Source: Eledone cirrhosa (lineage: Eukaryota). Taken from it: DNA of 64,000 nt. The stretch lies in the NCBI GenBank assembly GCA_964016885.1, contig OZ024742.1:196912001-196976000 (forward strand), in the 5' to 3' direction. The notes beneath the pieces are model-generated. The model searched no databases and had not been told where the DNA came from. It saw nothing but the letters and a program-made list of their open reading frames with translations. Positions 29,230 to 47,366 of this stretch are shown one piece after another; position 1 is the first letter of the stretch; every line of letters begins with the position of its first letter. Position numbers and translations under genes: made by a program.

Positions 29230-29278
<49 letters not shown>

Positions 29279-29355
29279 GTATATATATATGTATATATAT
29301 ATGTATATATATATATATGTATATATATATGTATATATATATGTATATATATATG

Positions 29356-29404
<49 letters not shown>

Positions 29405-29439
29405 GTATATATATGTATATATATATATATATATGTATA

Positions 29440-29496
<57 letters not shown>

Positions 29497-29613
29497 GTAT
29501 ATATATGTATATATATATATATATGTATATATATGTATATATATATGTATATATATATATGTATATATATATATGTATATATATATATGTATATATATAT
29601 ATGTATATATATG

Positions 29614-29644
<31 letters not shown>

Positions 29645-29669
29645 GTATATATATATATATATGTATATA

Positions 29670-29712
<43 letters not shown>

Positions 29713-29933
29713 GTATATGTATATATATGTATATATATATATGTATATATATATATATGTATATATATATGTATATGTATATATATATGTATATGTATAT
29801 GTATATGTATATATATATGTATATGTATATGTATATATATATGTATATGTATCTGTATATGTATATATATATGTATATGTATATATATATGTATATGTAT
29901 ATGTATATGTATATATATATGTATATGTATATA

Positions 29934-29984
<51 letters not shown>

Positions 29985-29985
29985 G

Positions 29986-30032
<47 letters not shown>

Positions 30033-30067
30033 GTATATATATATATGTGTATATATATATATGTATA

Positions 30068-30114
<47 letters not shown>

Positions 30115-30133
30115 GTATATATATATGTATATA

Positions 30134-30194
<61 letters not shown>

Positions 30195-30333
30195 GTATAT
30201 ATATATGTATATATATGTATATATATATATGTATATATATATATGTATATATATATATGTATATATATATATGTATATATATATGTATATATATGTATAT
30301 ATATATATGTATATATATATGTATATATATATG

Positions 30334-30392
<59 letters not shown>

Positions 30393-30457
30393 GTATGTAT
30401 ATATATATATATATGTATATGTATGTATATATATATATATATGTATATATATGTATG

Positions 30458-30489
<32 letters not shown>

Positions 30490-30587
30490 TATGTATATAT
30501 ATGTGTATATATATATATATGTATATATATGTGTATATATATATATATGTATATATATATGTATATATATATATGTATATATATATG

Positions 30588-30650
<63 letters not shown>

Positions 30651-30651
30651 G

Positions 30652-30684
<33 letters not shown>

Positions 30685-30725
30685 GTATATATATATGTAT
30701 ATATATATATATATGTATATATATG

Positions 30726-30760
<35 letters not shown>

Positions 30761-30801
30761 GTATATATATATGTATATATATATATATGTATATATATAT
30801 G

Positions 30802-30832
<31 letters not shown>

Positions 30833-30897
30833 GTATATATATATGTATATATATATATGTATATATATATGTATATATATATATGTATATATATATG

Positions 30898-30928
<31 letters not shown>

Positions 30929-30929
30929 G

Positions 30930-30960
<31 letters not shown>

Positions 30961-31139
30961 GTATATATATGTATATATATATGTATATATATATGTATAT
31001 ATATATGTATATATATATATATGTATATATATATATGTATATATATATGTATATATATATATATGTATATATATATATGTATATATATATGTATATATAT
31101 ATGTATATATATATGTATATATATATGTATATATATATG

Positions 31140-31188
<49 letters not shown>

Positions 31189-31391
31189 GTATATATATGT
31201 ATATATATATATATATATGTATATATATGTATATATATATATATATGTATATATATGTATATATATATATATATGTATATATATGTATATATATATGTAT
31301 ATATATATGTATATATATATATGTATATATATATATGTATATATATGTATATATATATGTATATATATGTATATATATGTATATATATATG

Positions 31392-31422
<31 letters not shown>

Positions 31423-31453
31423 GTATATATATATATATATGTATATATATATG

Positions 31454-31486
<33 letters not shown>

Positions 31487-31717
31487 GTATATGTATATAT
31501 ATGTATATATATATATGTATATATATATATATGTATATATATATGTATATGTATATATATATGTATATATATATGTATATGTATATGTATATATATATGT
31601 ATATGTATATGTATATATATATGTATATGTATATGTATATGTATATATATATGTATATGTATATATATATGTATATGTATATATATATGTATATATATAT
31701 ATATGTATATATATATG

Positions 31718-31769
<52 letters not shown>

Positions 31770-31789
31770 TATGTGTATATATATATATG

Positions 31790-31820
<31 letters not shown>

Positions 31821-31823
31821 GTG

Positions 31824-31854
<31 letters not shown>

Positions 31855-32056
31855 GTGTATATATATATATGTGTATATATATATATGTGTATATATATAT
31901 ATGTATATATATATATGTGTATATATATATATGTGTATATATATATATGTATATATATATATATGTGTATATATATATATGTGTATATATATATATGTGT
32001 ATATATATATATGTGCATATATATATATGTATATATATATATACATATATATATAC

Positions 32057-32118
<62 letters not shown>

Positions 32119-32131
32119 GTATATATATATG

Positions 32132-32162
<31 letters not shown>

Positions 32163-32203
32163 GTATATATATATGTATATATATATATATGTATATATAT
32201 ATG

Positions 32204-32250
<47 letters not shown>

Positions 32251-32502
32251 GTATATATGTATATATATATATGTATATATATATATGTATATATATGTAT
32301 ATATATATATGTATATATATATATGTATATATATATATGTATGTATGTATGTATATATATATATGTATATATATATGTATATATATATATGTATATATAT
32401 ATGTATATGTATATATATGTATGTATATATATATATGTATATGTATATATATGTATATGTATATATATGTATGTATATATATATATGTATATATATGTAT
32501 AA
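28177..32502. repeat. Giant (TA)n/(TATG) compound microsatellite, ~4.3 kb
   Basis: Direct inspection. It is the source of the spurious >1400-aa YI ORFs. Confidence 0.97.
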
Positions 32503-32548
32503 TAAAGTTAAATAAAAGTCAAATGATTAAAATTTAGCTTCGTTTATT

Positions 32549-32603
32549 ACTGCTATATATATTTCAGTGACAGCCATCTTTGGCTGTGACCTCTTCAGGC
32601 AGT
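32549..32603 (-). ncRNA. Type-I hammerhead ribozyme, intact core
   Basis: ACTGC-CTGAAGA-ggtcacagcca aaga tggctgtcact-GAAA-TATATA-TA-GCAGT. Confidence 0.85.
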
Positions 32604-32764
32604 TTGAATTAGTATGGTATAGACAAGTACATATGTTGTTTAGGTGTATGATATTGTCAATACTCTGATATGCCCAGTTCCTCGCTGGGTTGTTAATTCA
32701 CTGGGGAACTGGAGTCCAGCCTGCATACTGAGGTGTTGGTATACAACCAACATGAACTCTAAAT

Positions 32765-33771
<1,007 letters not shown>

Positions 33772-34605
33772 CAGTATTTTCCGTTGTGTTGTAATATAAA
33801 TATTACACACAGTAGATTATCAGCTCACGTAGAGTTTGCTCGACGGTTCCAGTTGTAGTTCCAAAAGTAATCCGGAGAAAAATAGAAAGATTTGAATGGA
33901 TACAGTTTAGTTGAAAGGAATTTATTGACACGTGTTTCTATAACAGTTACATAACCTAAAACAGCTATCTACAAACTTTTAGTTATGCAGACATTCAATA
34001 TTTCAATGTTATTATTTACTGTCATTTCATCAGAATAATATTACTGAGGACCTATTTAGTTTTTATAGAGAATATTAGGAGGGAGGGGTGAAGTTGTTAG
34101 AAGAATAGTTGAAGGAGTGGTTTTTCGATAGCAGTGAGAATTCTTGGTGGCAGTGAGTAATTAGATTCCCATCTGTTGTTTTGACATTTTTTATGGAATA
34201 TATTATTGGTTATTTTTCTAAATCTATAGAAGGATTAGAGATAGTAAAGATATGCGTGGTTGGTTTTGTGTTTGCACTTAACATTCAGACTTAAATTTTT
34301 CTTTCAAGTGTACGTATTCTTTCACCCACGCATTCACACACAAATATATTTGCACACCTCTACAAAATACATATACTCACAATTCACATATTCATACTTA
34401 CATATATATACACATGCATACACATATATATACACACATGTATTCATGTACATACATACGCGCTCATGTGTATACATTTTCATACTCAACTTATCTTTAT
34501 ATATACACACGTATAGACACACACATATATACATACATACTCTAGTCCATGTGTACACACATACACATACATACACATCCATATACACATACATACATAC
34601 ACATA

Positions 34606-34679
<74 letters not shown>

Positions 34680-34968
34680 CACACATACACACATACACAC
34701 ACACATATATATATATATATATAAGCACTTTAATACATGAATACACTTACATCTAACTATACACATCAAACATATATATATATTTACTTATTTATATACA
34801 TTTTCACATATATATACATACTTATGGACGTTTTTAGACACATTCATTATCGCATATTTGTACCTATTCTCATCAGCATATCTTTTCATTATTAGTATGG
34901 TAATTTAAGGTTATTAATATATGTTGAGAAGAGATTGTTTTTATATTTTTCTAACTAGATTAAGGTTT

Positions 34969-36105
34969 CATAAATTGAATGAAAATCTCAAATACGTAAA
35001 TGTTGGGTCTAACCACCCCATCTCTATAATTAAATCTATCCCTAAAAATATTTCCCTTAGAATCTCGGGTCTATCTTCTAACATACAAGTATTTAAGGAA
35101 CACGCCGAGTACTACGATAACGCCCTTAGTAAAGCAGGCTACCTCAACAAAATAGAGTACATAGATGGGAACAATCAAAACACCCAAAATAAATCCCACA
35201 TAGGTAGATATAATAACACAACACCAAACCACACTTACTACCATAGTATGCACACCAGTAAACCAACAAACAAAACTAATAGAAAGCGATGCAAGGAGTA
35301 CTTATGGTATAACCCCGAATACAATAGCTCCATTAGTACAAATTTACCAGTACTCTTCTTTAAAATAATTAAAAGACATTTTCCCACATCACACAAATAC
35401 CACAAAATCCTAAACCCTACCACTATAAGACTGTCATACTCTACAGCGTTAAACCTTGAACAACACATAAAAAAGATCAATACTAGAAGGTTAAACGAAA
35501 ACACTAAGAACTTAAGTACAAAGAACCCCAAAAAAAACAGTAGACAATACACTACAGAACATAAATAAACCACACCTAAGTTCGTCCGCAATACTACTCC
35601 AGAGAAAACCCAACGTACACAACTGTAACTGCACCTATCCTGACAACTGCCCCCTCGGCAATAACTGCCTGGAAAAAAATATTATTTATAAGTGTACCAT
35701 TAAATCCGGAGGCAACGAGTGGTATTACGTGGGATCAACGGCAACATCGTTTAAATCTCGATTGTATAGGCATTCTTACTCAATAAAACACCAGAGCCAA
35801 AGAAATGTAACAACTTTAGCAGAAAAAGCTTGGACGCTCAGGGATAGCAATCAAAGTTTACCCTAAAATGGGAAAAATTAGCTAAAACCCAAAGCTTTTC
35901 CAGGAGCCAAAATTTCTGCAAATTGTGTAATCTTGAGATTTATTACATAATCACACACAAGAAGAAACTGCTGAATAACAGAATTGAACGAACATTATTC
36001 TGCCGTCACAGAACTAAAACCCTTTTTTCCACTACAAGCCGAATATTACATAAAAGAGGGACATCCCCCAACTATATAAACCTTAATCTAGTTAGAAAAA
36101 TATAA
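34969..36105 (+). pseudogene. Disrupted Penelope-like ORF C-terminus (thumb, Zn-finger linker, GIY-YIG endonuclease)
   Basis: ORF 34921-35568, a shifted frame around 35621-35860 (NCNCTYPDNCPLGNNCLEKNIIYKC...WYYVGST), and ORF 35923-36105. Confidence 0.85.
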
Positions 36106-36165
36106 AAACAATCTCTTCTCAACATATATTAATAACCTTAAATTACCATACTAATAATGAAAAGA

Positions 36166-36223
36166 TATGCTGATGAGAATAGGTACAAATATGCGATAAT
36201 GAATGTGTCTAAAAACGTCCATA
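36166..36223 (+). ncRNA. Degenerate hammerhead in Penelope pLTR; mirror copy 34823-34880 (-)
   Basis: TATG-CTGATGA-...-AAAA(for GAAA)-CG-TC-CATA. G12 appears mutated in both arms. Confidence 0.45.
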
Positions 36224-36364
36224 AGTATGTATATATATGTGAAAATGTATATAAATAAGTAAATATATATATATGTTTGATGTGTATAGTTAGATGTAAG
36301 TGTATTCATGTATTAAAGTGCTTATATATATATATATATATGTGTGTGTATGTGTGTATGTGTG

Positions 36365-36421
<57 letters not shown>

Positions 36422-36976
36422 GTGTATGTATGTATGTGTATATGGATGTGTTGTATGTGTATGTGTGTACACATGGACTAGAGTATGTATGTATATATGT
36501 GTGTGTCTATACGTGTGTATATATAAAGATAAGTTGAGTATGAAAATGTATACACATGAGCGCGTATGTATGTACATGAATACATGTGTGTATATATATG
36601 TGTATGCATGTGTATATATATGTAAGTATGAATATGTGAATTGTGAGTATATGTATTTTGTGCAAATATATTTGTGTGTGAATGCGTGGGTGAAAGAATA
36701 CGTACACTTGAAAGAAAAATTTAAGTCTGAATGTTAAGTGCAAACACAAAACCAACCACGCATATCTTTACTATCTCTAATCCTTCTATAGATTTAGAAA
36801 AATAACCAATAATATATTCCATAAAAAATGTCAAAACAACAGATGGGAATCTAATTACTCACTGCCACCAAGAATTCTCACTGCTATCGAAAAACCACTC
36901 CTTCAACTATTCTTCTAACAACTTCACCCCTCCCTCCTAATATTCTCTATAAAAACTAAATAGGTCCTCAGTAATA

Positions 36977-37093
36977 TTATTCTGATGAAATGACAGTAAA
37001 TAATAACATTGAAATATTGAATGTCTGCATAACTAAAAGTTTGTAGATAGCTGTTTTAGGTTATGTAACTGTTATAGAAACACGTGTCAATAA
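36977..37093 (+). ncRNA. Hammerhead motif with long stem-II insert in Penelope pLTR; mirror copy 33922-34038 (-)
   Basis: TTATT-CTGATGA-(88 nt)-GAAA-CACGTG-TC-AATAA. Palindromic stem III; the base of stem II is not clearly paired. Confidence 0.6.
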
Positions 37094-37132
37094 ATTCCTT
37101 TCAACTAAACTGTATCCATTCAAATCTTTCTA

Positions 37133-39935
<2,803 letters not shown>

Positions 39936-40535
39936 TCTAGTCTAGTCCAGAATTAGCCCTCGAAACGGCTTGAGCTCAGCCGTCGGGGTCCTACTCGTTC
40001 CTATTACCCACTCTACTACCCTAAGTATTGAGTACTTTGGTGCGTTATGGTCCACCTGGTTCCTTACCACATTTCCTTCGTTACATATATATATATATAG
40101 ACTGCACATCATTAAGCAGTATTACATAAAGCTGCAACACAGAAACACCCAAACGCACTATTTAACACATACGAATTACACAACACTATTTAAACACATA
40201 TTACAGGAAGGTACCTTTATACGTCAATCACAAGTCAACAAACTCAAACGACATACATACCAACTACACTCTGACATCCATATAACTAAATATATACATT
40301 ATACACCCAAAATGAAAAGGAAATGACAGCCCCGCCACCCAGAACGCTTAGGACATAAGGAAATACATTACTGTACACCATCGATATAGCACCGAAACAA
40401 CAATAATATACGATATATTTTTAAGGAACGATCGACTTTCGTCAAATCGGACCGAGGGAACAATGTTTCCGTTGGTCTTTCCAATTGCTAATACTATCTA
40501 TCGGTCGCAACTCCAGGTTAACGATATATATATAC

Positions 40536-41000
40536 TAGTAATGGTACCCGGCGTTGCACGGGATAAGGTATTCTGGAAGGCGGGCCGCCAACAGACCTAA
40601 TCGTGGAAAAACTGCATGCATGAACAATATGTAAAGAAAATAAACCGAATACTCTGATGGCTGGATAACCTTTAAGATTTTCCACGATGAAGTAGGAAAA
40701 ATTAAGGTTTTCACCTAATGCGAGCCCTAGGGGATCAAGAAAATGAATTTTTTTTATGTGCATAATATGCCTTGAAATTTCGGGAAAATCGGCTACACGT
40801 AACGCCTCGAAAGAGCCCTAAACAGCTGAAAAAATGAAGTTTTTCACCTAATGCGGGCCCTGGGCCATAAAAATTTGGATTTTCTTTGCTCACGATATGA
40901 AGAAGAGACTGACTAATACATAGTTACAATTTCAAGGAAATCGGTCTAACCTAACGCCTCAAAAAACCCCTAAAAAGCTGAAAAAAAACTATCTATATAG
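40536..41000 (-). mobile_element. Putative non-autonomous Helitron-like element
   Basis: Minus-strand 3' end has hairpin CCCGTGCAACGCCGGG about 8 nt before CTAGT, abutting (TA)n. Internal ~135-bp tandem duplication (40705-40985). A similar end is at 8172-8200. Confidence 0.45.
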
Positions 41001-41761
41001 GAGTAGAGTAGTTGTAAAGTTGCAAAGTAAATGCGTCCGTAGGCGGTATGCCAGTTGAGCACTCGCTGCTCGCGCATAGCAGAGTATAGTATTATAAAGA
41101 ACGATGATTCAGTGTTGCATCATATCATATTTGTTAACATATTACATATGTTTCTCTATCGGAGACGATCTCATATACCAAACATATCTGAAGATCTTTC
41201 GATTACGATTACAGCACCAGGTTCGATCAGTAATAGATCTTGCCTCGAACTGATCGATAGAGAAACATATGTAATATGTTAATAAACATGATATGATGCA
41301 ACACTGAATCCTCATTCTTTATAACACCTATCTCTCTATCTATATATATATACCGTTTTTGAATAGTATAACAATATATATATATATATTTTCATCTTAA
41401 CACCATATGAAAAAACAAACAATTTGATTGGTTAGTTCTTCAACTATCTCCAAATAAGGACATGATACTAACATACTACTAATTCTAAATAAAATTGCTT
41501 TTGAAAACAGCTGGTGATATGCATGTAAGTAAATATTCTCTTTATCTGATATTTTGTAACTAACCTTACATAGATCAATAACGGAGTATAGCTACAATGT
41601 ATTATCACCTAGAAACGATCGTAAAGCAGTGAAGTATATCTCTAATGACTTGATGTTTTATTTCATTGTTTTAACTTATATATATTTCGTTTCACACACA
41701 AAAACAAGATGGCGTAGGACAGAACAAAGGAGAGGCACAAAACAAAGAGAAGAATCCCCAA

Positions 41762-41802
41762 TCACTGAAGAGGTCACAGAATGTGTGACGAAAGAACTTT
41801 GA
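41762..41802 (+). ncRNA. Minimal hammerhead ribozyme, same family as 22786-22826
   Basis: TCA-CTGAAGA-g gtcaca gaatg tgtgac-GAAA-GAAC-TT-TGA. Within the core, the two copies differ only at the free N7 position. Confidence 0.68.
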
Positions 41803-41990
41803 CAATATATGAACAACCGTCCGGTTGTGGAACCAACCAACCAACCGAAAATTTATAAATTCTTAAATTTATAAATTTAATTTATAATAAATTGGAGTGA
41901 AAGCAACTGGTGCGTGTGTTTCTTATTGGCAACATGACCCTCCCAAAGTATAACAATATATATATATATATGTGGTTTGGTGATCTAGAT

Positions 41991-42324
41991 CAACGTTTCT
42001 CAACTTTTTACCCTTGTGGAACCATTGAAATAGTTTTCATATCTCAAAGAACCCCTGCATAAAAAATATTATATACCATTATTAATATCTATTTTGTTGG
42101 CCTTGCGCCTAAATCAGAAACCATGATTAATATCTGTCTCTTTTAGAGGTTGAAACCTTTATTGCAGAAATCAAGGATTTTCCAACACCTAGCCGTATTT
42201 GTATAGTAGAATTACGAATTTGAAATTAAACAAAAATTACTCATAAATGCATTAACTTAATTAACACTGTTTCCCGCGGAACCCCTAGCGACCTCTTCCG
42301 AGGAACACTGGTAGAAAAACGATG
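41991..42324. mobile_element. hAT-Charlie-like MITE
   Basis: Imperfect TIRs CAACGTTTCTCAAC / GTAGAAAAACGATG and a perfect 8-bp TSD ATCTAGAT (41983-41990, 42325-42332). Confidence 0.8.
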
Positions 42325-42472
42325 ATCTAGATGGTTGTTATAGGTAAAAGCTGTTTTTCAGGTGACGGAGTTGGCTAGAATATTTATTTCTGTGATCCCT
42401 TACCTTCGTTATTTTATATTATGTATGGTGCTGGTAGTTTGTTAAAGTAGATCTGTTCCCCATTCTGTAGAC

Positions 42473-42698
42473 CACGCACGTCAAACTGAGCCCCCCCCCC
42501 CCCCCCCCGAGGGCCACATGGGTCACATATGTGTTGTCTGAGGGTCACACACGACAGCTAATTGCGCACATTACAACTAATGTTTTAAATATATTACGAA
42601 GATAAAATATGCTCGCGCTGTAAAAACATTTGTGCAGGCCGCTGGTGTGCTTGTAAAGGTGCGCAGGTGACCTGCGGGCCGCATGTTAGACATGTCTG
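42473..42698. mobile_element. hAT-Charlie-like MITE
   Basis: Ends CACGCACGTCAAAC / GTTAGACATGTCTG, internal GCGGGCCGCA motif, TSD CTGTAGAC / CTCTAGAC. Confidence 0.7.
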
Positions 42699-43508
42699 CT
42701 CTAGACATTATATCTGTGTGTTGAGCTTTTGAGTCCAAAGAAAGGATTATGATGGTATAAGATTTGGTGGGTGTTACTGTGTGTAACTGTTGTGTAATGG
42801 ATAGGTTCTGTGTTTGGTAAATAATTTGGATAATTTGGATTGGTGCTGTAGGCGTAATATGTATGCCTTTGGTTGGTTTATAATTTTGTTGTCTATTGCC
42901 AAAACCTGCCTCGGGTGAGCTTAATAAGGGTCAATCCGCCCAACCCATGAACGATGGATACTAATCGACGAGGTTGATGATATATTTATGTGTATATATA
43001 TATGAAGTGTGTGTGTATATGTATGATACGTGTATGTATATTACGTATATGGTATGTGTATACACACGCAAACATATATATATGTGTATATCATTATCAC
43101 GATGTGTGCATGTATGTATATGTATATATGTATATTATACTGGTGCCACAAAGCATCCAGCCCACACTGTAAAGTGATCGTGTAGGTGTCACGACAAAAA
43201 GCACCCACCGCACACTGTAAATGTGGTTGGCGTTAGTAAGGGCATCCAGCCGTAGAAAACCAGCCAGAAACTCTCCTATAGGAGCGAGAAACGGTCACCC
43301 GATTCAACTTGTTCCTAAATGGAACAAACCCGTCTAACCCATGCTAGCGTGGAAGGTAGACGTTAATCGATGATGATGATGATTGCTGAATGCTGTACAT
43401 GGTAGTTTCGTTATACTTATTACGTATGCCTTATCTTGCATGGAAGGTTTTGGCATTGTGGTTGGTGTATTATTGTTGTGTAATATGGTGGGTCTGTGTT
43501 TGGTGGTT

Positions 43509-43552
<44 letters not shown>

Positions 43553-43943
43553 ATAATAATTTGAAGACTAAAATCCAAAGGATAATTGTTCTCATCGCAC
43601 CACATAGTGACGTATTATGTTCGTTTTTTTTCGTTCATTGTCACGAACCACCTAATAGAATATTAGTCCACGACTTCATTTATACCATAAACGTGGTTTT
43701 GTCTTTGCGTGTAATTGTTTTCACCGCTCCAAATAATGACCTATTATCTTCGTTTTTTTCCGTTCTTTGCCAGAGAACGTCTCCACGAATCAAAATATCG
43801 TCTTCCTGTCTTCCTTCGGTTGCAACGTTTTTCGAAATATTTACTTCTGCGTTCACAGATTGATTTTTTTTTAGTTTCAGAAGATCCCGTTAAGGGTGAA
43901 AGCAGCGATTCTTTGCTTAAACTTTAATCTGTTATTTTAATAA

Positions 43944-43987
<44 letters not shown>

Positions 43988-45179
43988 TATATGTATATAA
44001 CTGTGTTAATATTGGAAACAAATAGTCATCCAAAGTGCCAGATAGTAATATCTGGCTCTTTGAAATGTCTCGGGTAGAGTATTTATTTGACGAAGATATC
44101 TTATATAATCTTAAAAAGTAGAAATAACTAAATAAACAAATATAATGTATTCCCAACAAAACAAGCTGTCACAAATCATTTTGTATACCAAGGGTTGGAA
44201 ACCTTACACCCGCAGGCAACATTTCCCCCCACATTCAATTGTAATCAACCGCTGACGAAGACTGAAAATTCACAAACAATCACCATCTACACCACCACCA
44301 CCCTCGCCATCACCGCCGCCGCCACCACCACCACCAACACCACCATAACTACCACCACTACCAACACTAACACCACCTCCACAACCACACCAACATCAGC
44401 CACCAACAACAATAACAGCAGCAACAGCAACAATAATGAAAATGAACAATTGTCTAAGCCTTAAAACCAAAACAGTAATTTGATAAATGCTTTCACAATT
44501 AAATTTTAAGATTAAAGATTCGTTATTTTTATTCCAGCTCAGATGTACTTCTATTCCTTCTTCAGCTCCCGCAGTTCACACGTGGTACTAAAAATAGTTC
44601 CCCACTTGGATAGAATAACAAAAACAAAATGGCGACCGAGGATGATAGAATCAGACAATCAGATTAGCAGCGAAATAATCTACAGCTGAGCGTAAGATTT
44701 GTATAGAAGCTAATTGATGTTAGACTTTCGTCAGTTGCGACGACGACGAGTGTTCCAGTTGTTTGAATAACTGAACAGCCTGCTCATGGAATAAGATTTG
44801 TATAGAAGCTGACTGATGATTGTGTTCTGCTATTGTCCCCACTCGCCATTTTCCGATTCTACCAACCATAAATGTGACTGTGAGAGATGTATATTGTACT
44901 TTTCACTTTTGGTTGAGTGAAAAGTACAAGAAAAGTTACATATTGAAACCCCCCAACCCATTCTATTTATTTTATAACATATGGAATGTCTAGTAATGTA
45001 CTTTTTTGTTATATATAAAGTTTTTCTATTGTATAAAGAAAATCTATTGTCGCAGGAATGCTACCACTTAAAATAAAATTTCGCCGGAAATAAATTAGCA
45101 AAATTTAATAGAAGACGAAGAAGAAGAAGAAGAAGTTCCACACGGAATTCATTCATCAAGTTTGAGGCATTCTTCCCAA

Positions 45180-45320
45180 TTTTACGGAAGAAAAACGACA
45201 GTCAGGGTACTGAGGACAGCGGAAGCCACGACGGCGGCCAGCACGAAATCAAAGCGATTGGGCATGTTCCGGTATTTAGCTATCTTCCTCTTCTCCACAT
45301 TTCGGGCGGAAAGTATCCGT
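45180..45320 (-). mobile_element. CRE-like fragment, degenerate
   Basis: Minus frame EKRKIAKYRNMPNRFDFVLAAV resembles the E..K..KY..L...F.P.AVE motif. Confidence 0.45.
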
Positions 45321-45557
45321 GTTTATCCAATTTCCAACAAGGTTGGAAATTGGATAAGATTTATAGAATTTATTATAAATGAAAAATGATAAACCTGCAA
45401 TCTATTCAGGTTTCATTCAGTTGAATGATTGATGTCTGTTCTTGTTGTTACAATCTGATAACCACTTGGGGACTATAACAGCAAGTTGACAGTGTCACTC
45501 ATGAAATGTTTGAGATGCATACGCGTGTTGTTAATACAGAATTCATATATCGTTATA

Positions 45558-46262
45558 CAGGGTGTCCATAAAGTCTCTTTACAGTTTGAGAAATTTATTA
45601 CAAAAGCAAATGAAAGTACAAATATGTGGAAATTGTTACAAAATGAGGAGTAGATATTGAAGTTTTTTTAAAACTAATTTAATACACCTCTATATAGGCA
45701 CCATTAGTTGCATGAAGCACATCAAGACGGTACTCGATATCTTTCCATGTTCGCTGTAGCATAGCCTCATCAATGGTGGTAATGGCATCAGTGATCTTTT
45801 GCTTTAAATCAGTGATGTCTCGTATCTTTGTTCGATACACGATATCTTTAACATAACCTCATAGAAAGAAGTTCAGAGGAGTGATATCTGGTGAACTAGG
45901 TGGCCAAGGAATTGGGCCATCCCTTCCACCGGTCTGGAAATATTTGATTTACGAACCCACGAACATGCAGTCCCCAATGTGGGGGTACACCAGCTTGCTG
46001 GAAAATGATGGTTGGTTGAAGGTCATCACGTTGTGGTGCCACATATTCAGTCAAATGGTCAAGATAATTCCCTGGCCACCTAGTTCACCAGATATCACTC
46101 CGTCTTGATGTGCTTCGTGCAACTAAGGGTGCCCATATAGAGGTGTATTAAATTAGTTAAAAAAAAACTTCAATATCTACTCCTCAATGTCCACATATTT
46201 GTCTGTTCATTTGCTTTTGTAATAGATTTTTTAAATTGTAAAGAGACTTTCTGGACACCCTG
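45558..46262. mobile_element. Fold-back Tc1/mariner derivative with TA target duplication
   Basis: TA|CAGGGTGTCC...GGACACCCTG|TA. Minus strand 45680-45905 encodes the transposase end WPPSSPDITPLNFF.*GYVKDIVY...DLKQKITDAI. Both arms carry the transposase 3' end. Confidence 0.85.
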
Positions 46263-46499
46263 TATTATATTTTCCAAACTACACGATGGTCACGAAATAA
46301 CCAGAAAATCAATAGCATGAAATCTTAACCAAGATGTAACATAGCTTGTCTCATAATTTAGTGTTCATGAACTAAACCAATTCGTCCATAGGGTTTAATA
46401 CAAACGGAGGGGGTGCAGACAGCCACCACCCACCCGTATTAAACACAAAGCCAGGGAATCCTACGGCCAATCAAACCTGGAGAGGCGACAGATGACATC

Positions 46500-46985
46500 A
46501 GTTTGTCTTCAGTTTGGTACAGTGATACACAGTCTGTATGTCTACAGTTTGGTACTAATGTTTACAACTGATCAAGTTTGTCTGTTTACAGTTTAGTACA
46601 CATATATACAACTGATAAACAGTTTGTATATCTACAGTTTGATACTGACGTCTACAGATGATATAGTGGTGTATGTCAACAGTTTGATTCTGACATGAGC
46701 TGTATGCCAACAGTTTGTATGTCTACAATTTGGTACTAATGTCTACAACTGATACTATTTTGTATGTCTAAAGTTTAATACTAACGTCTACAGTTAATAC
46801 ACAGTTTACATGTCTACATTTTGGTACTGACATTAACAGCTGATAAACAGTTTTTATGTCTACAGCTGAAATGTCTACAGCACTAACGTTTATAACTGCT
46901 ACACACTTTATATATCTACAATACTAAGGCTGATACACTCTCTGAATGTCTAAGAATACAAATGTTAACAACTGATATACTGTTT
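46500..46985. repeat. Degenerate tandem repeat built from acagtttg / gtctacag / ctgatac motifs
   Basis: Recurrent tgtctacagtttggtact..tgt.tacaactgata. Confidence 0.7.
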
Positions 46986-47314
46986 AACTGCAATTAAGCA
47001 ATTATAGCTATAGGCCATAGTTGATAAACACTAACCAAGTATAGCTTTCTAATATACCGCAAGGAACAAATATCGTTTACTACAAGTGTTGGGGAAATTA
47101 AAACTTAATGTTCTGTTGACAGTTAAGCTTAATGTTTTAAACCATAGAAACACATACACAGAAATGCAACACACACACACACACACACGCACTCCCACAT
47201 CCACACACACGACACACACACACACACACACGAATCCACACATTTTAAATTATCCCTTCTAACACCGTGTAACGCCCTATCGAATAATTAATACATTTAG
47301 TCAGTGGATTAATT

Positions 47315-47366
<52 letters not shown>

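Larger units (their letters stand above)
33883..37132 (+). mobile_element. Penelope-like element: 5'-truncated RT-thumb/GIY-YIG core flanked by inverted pLTRs
   Basis: Core 34969-36077 encodes SNHP..IIKSIP, WYNP.Y, LSYS, CNC...CPLGNNCL, IIY...YYVGST...FKSR, CKLCNLE, LLN.R.E...CRH with frameshifts. Arms 33883-34968 and 36078-37132 are reverse complements of each other. Confidence 0.88.

Noticed and set aside
28094-32537. Very long YI/YM-rich ORFs (up to 1473 aa), and similar ones at 32644-33858 and 37084-39956
   Set aside because: Stop-free translation of (TA)n/(TATG) microsatellite in all frames and on both strands.
44195-44464. Thr/Asn-rich mucin-like ORF
   Set aside because: Degenerate (ACC)/(AAC) trinucleotide repeat without splice or homology support.
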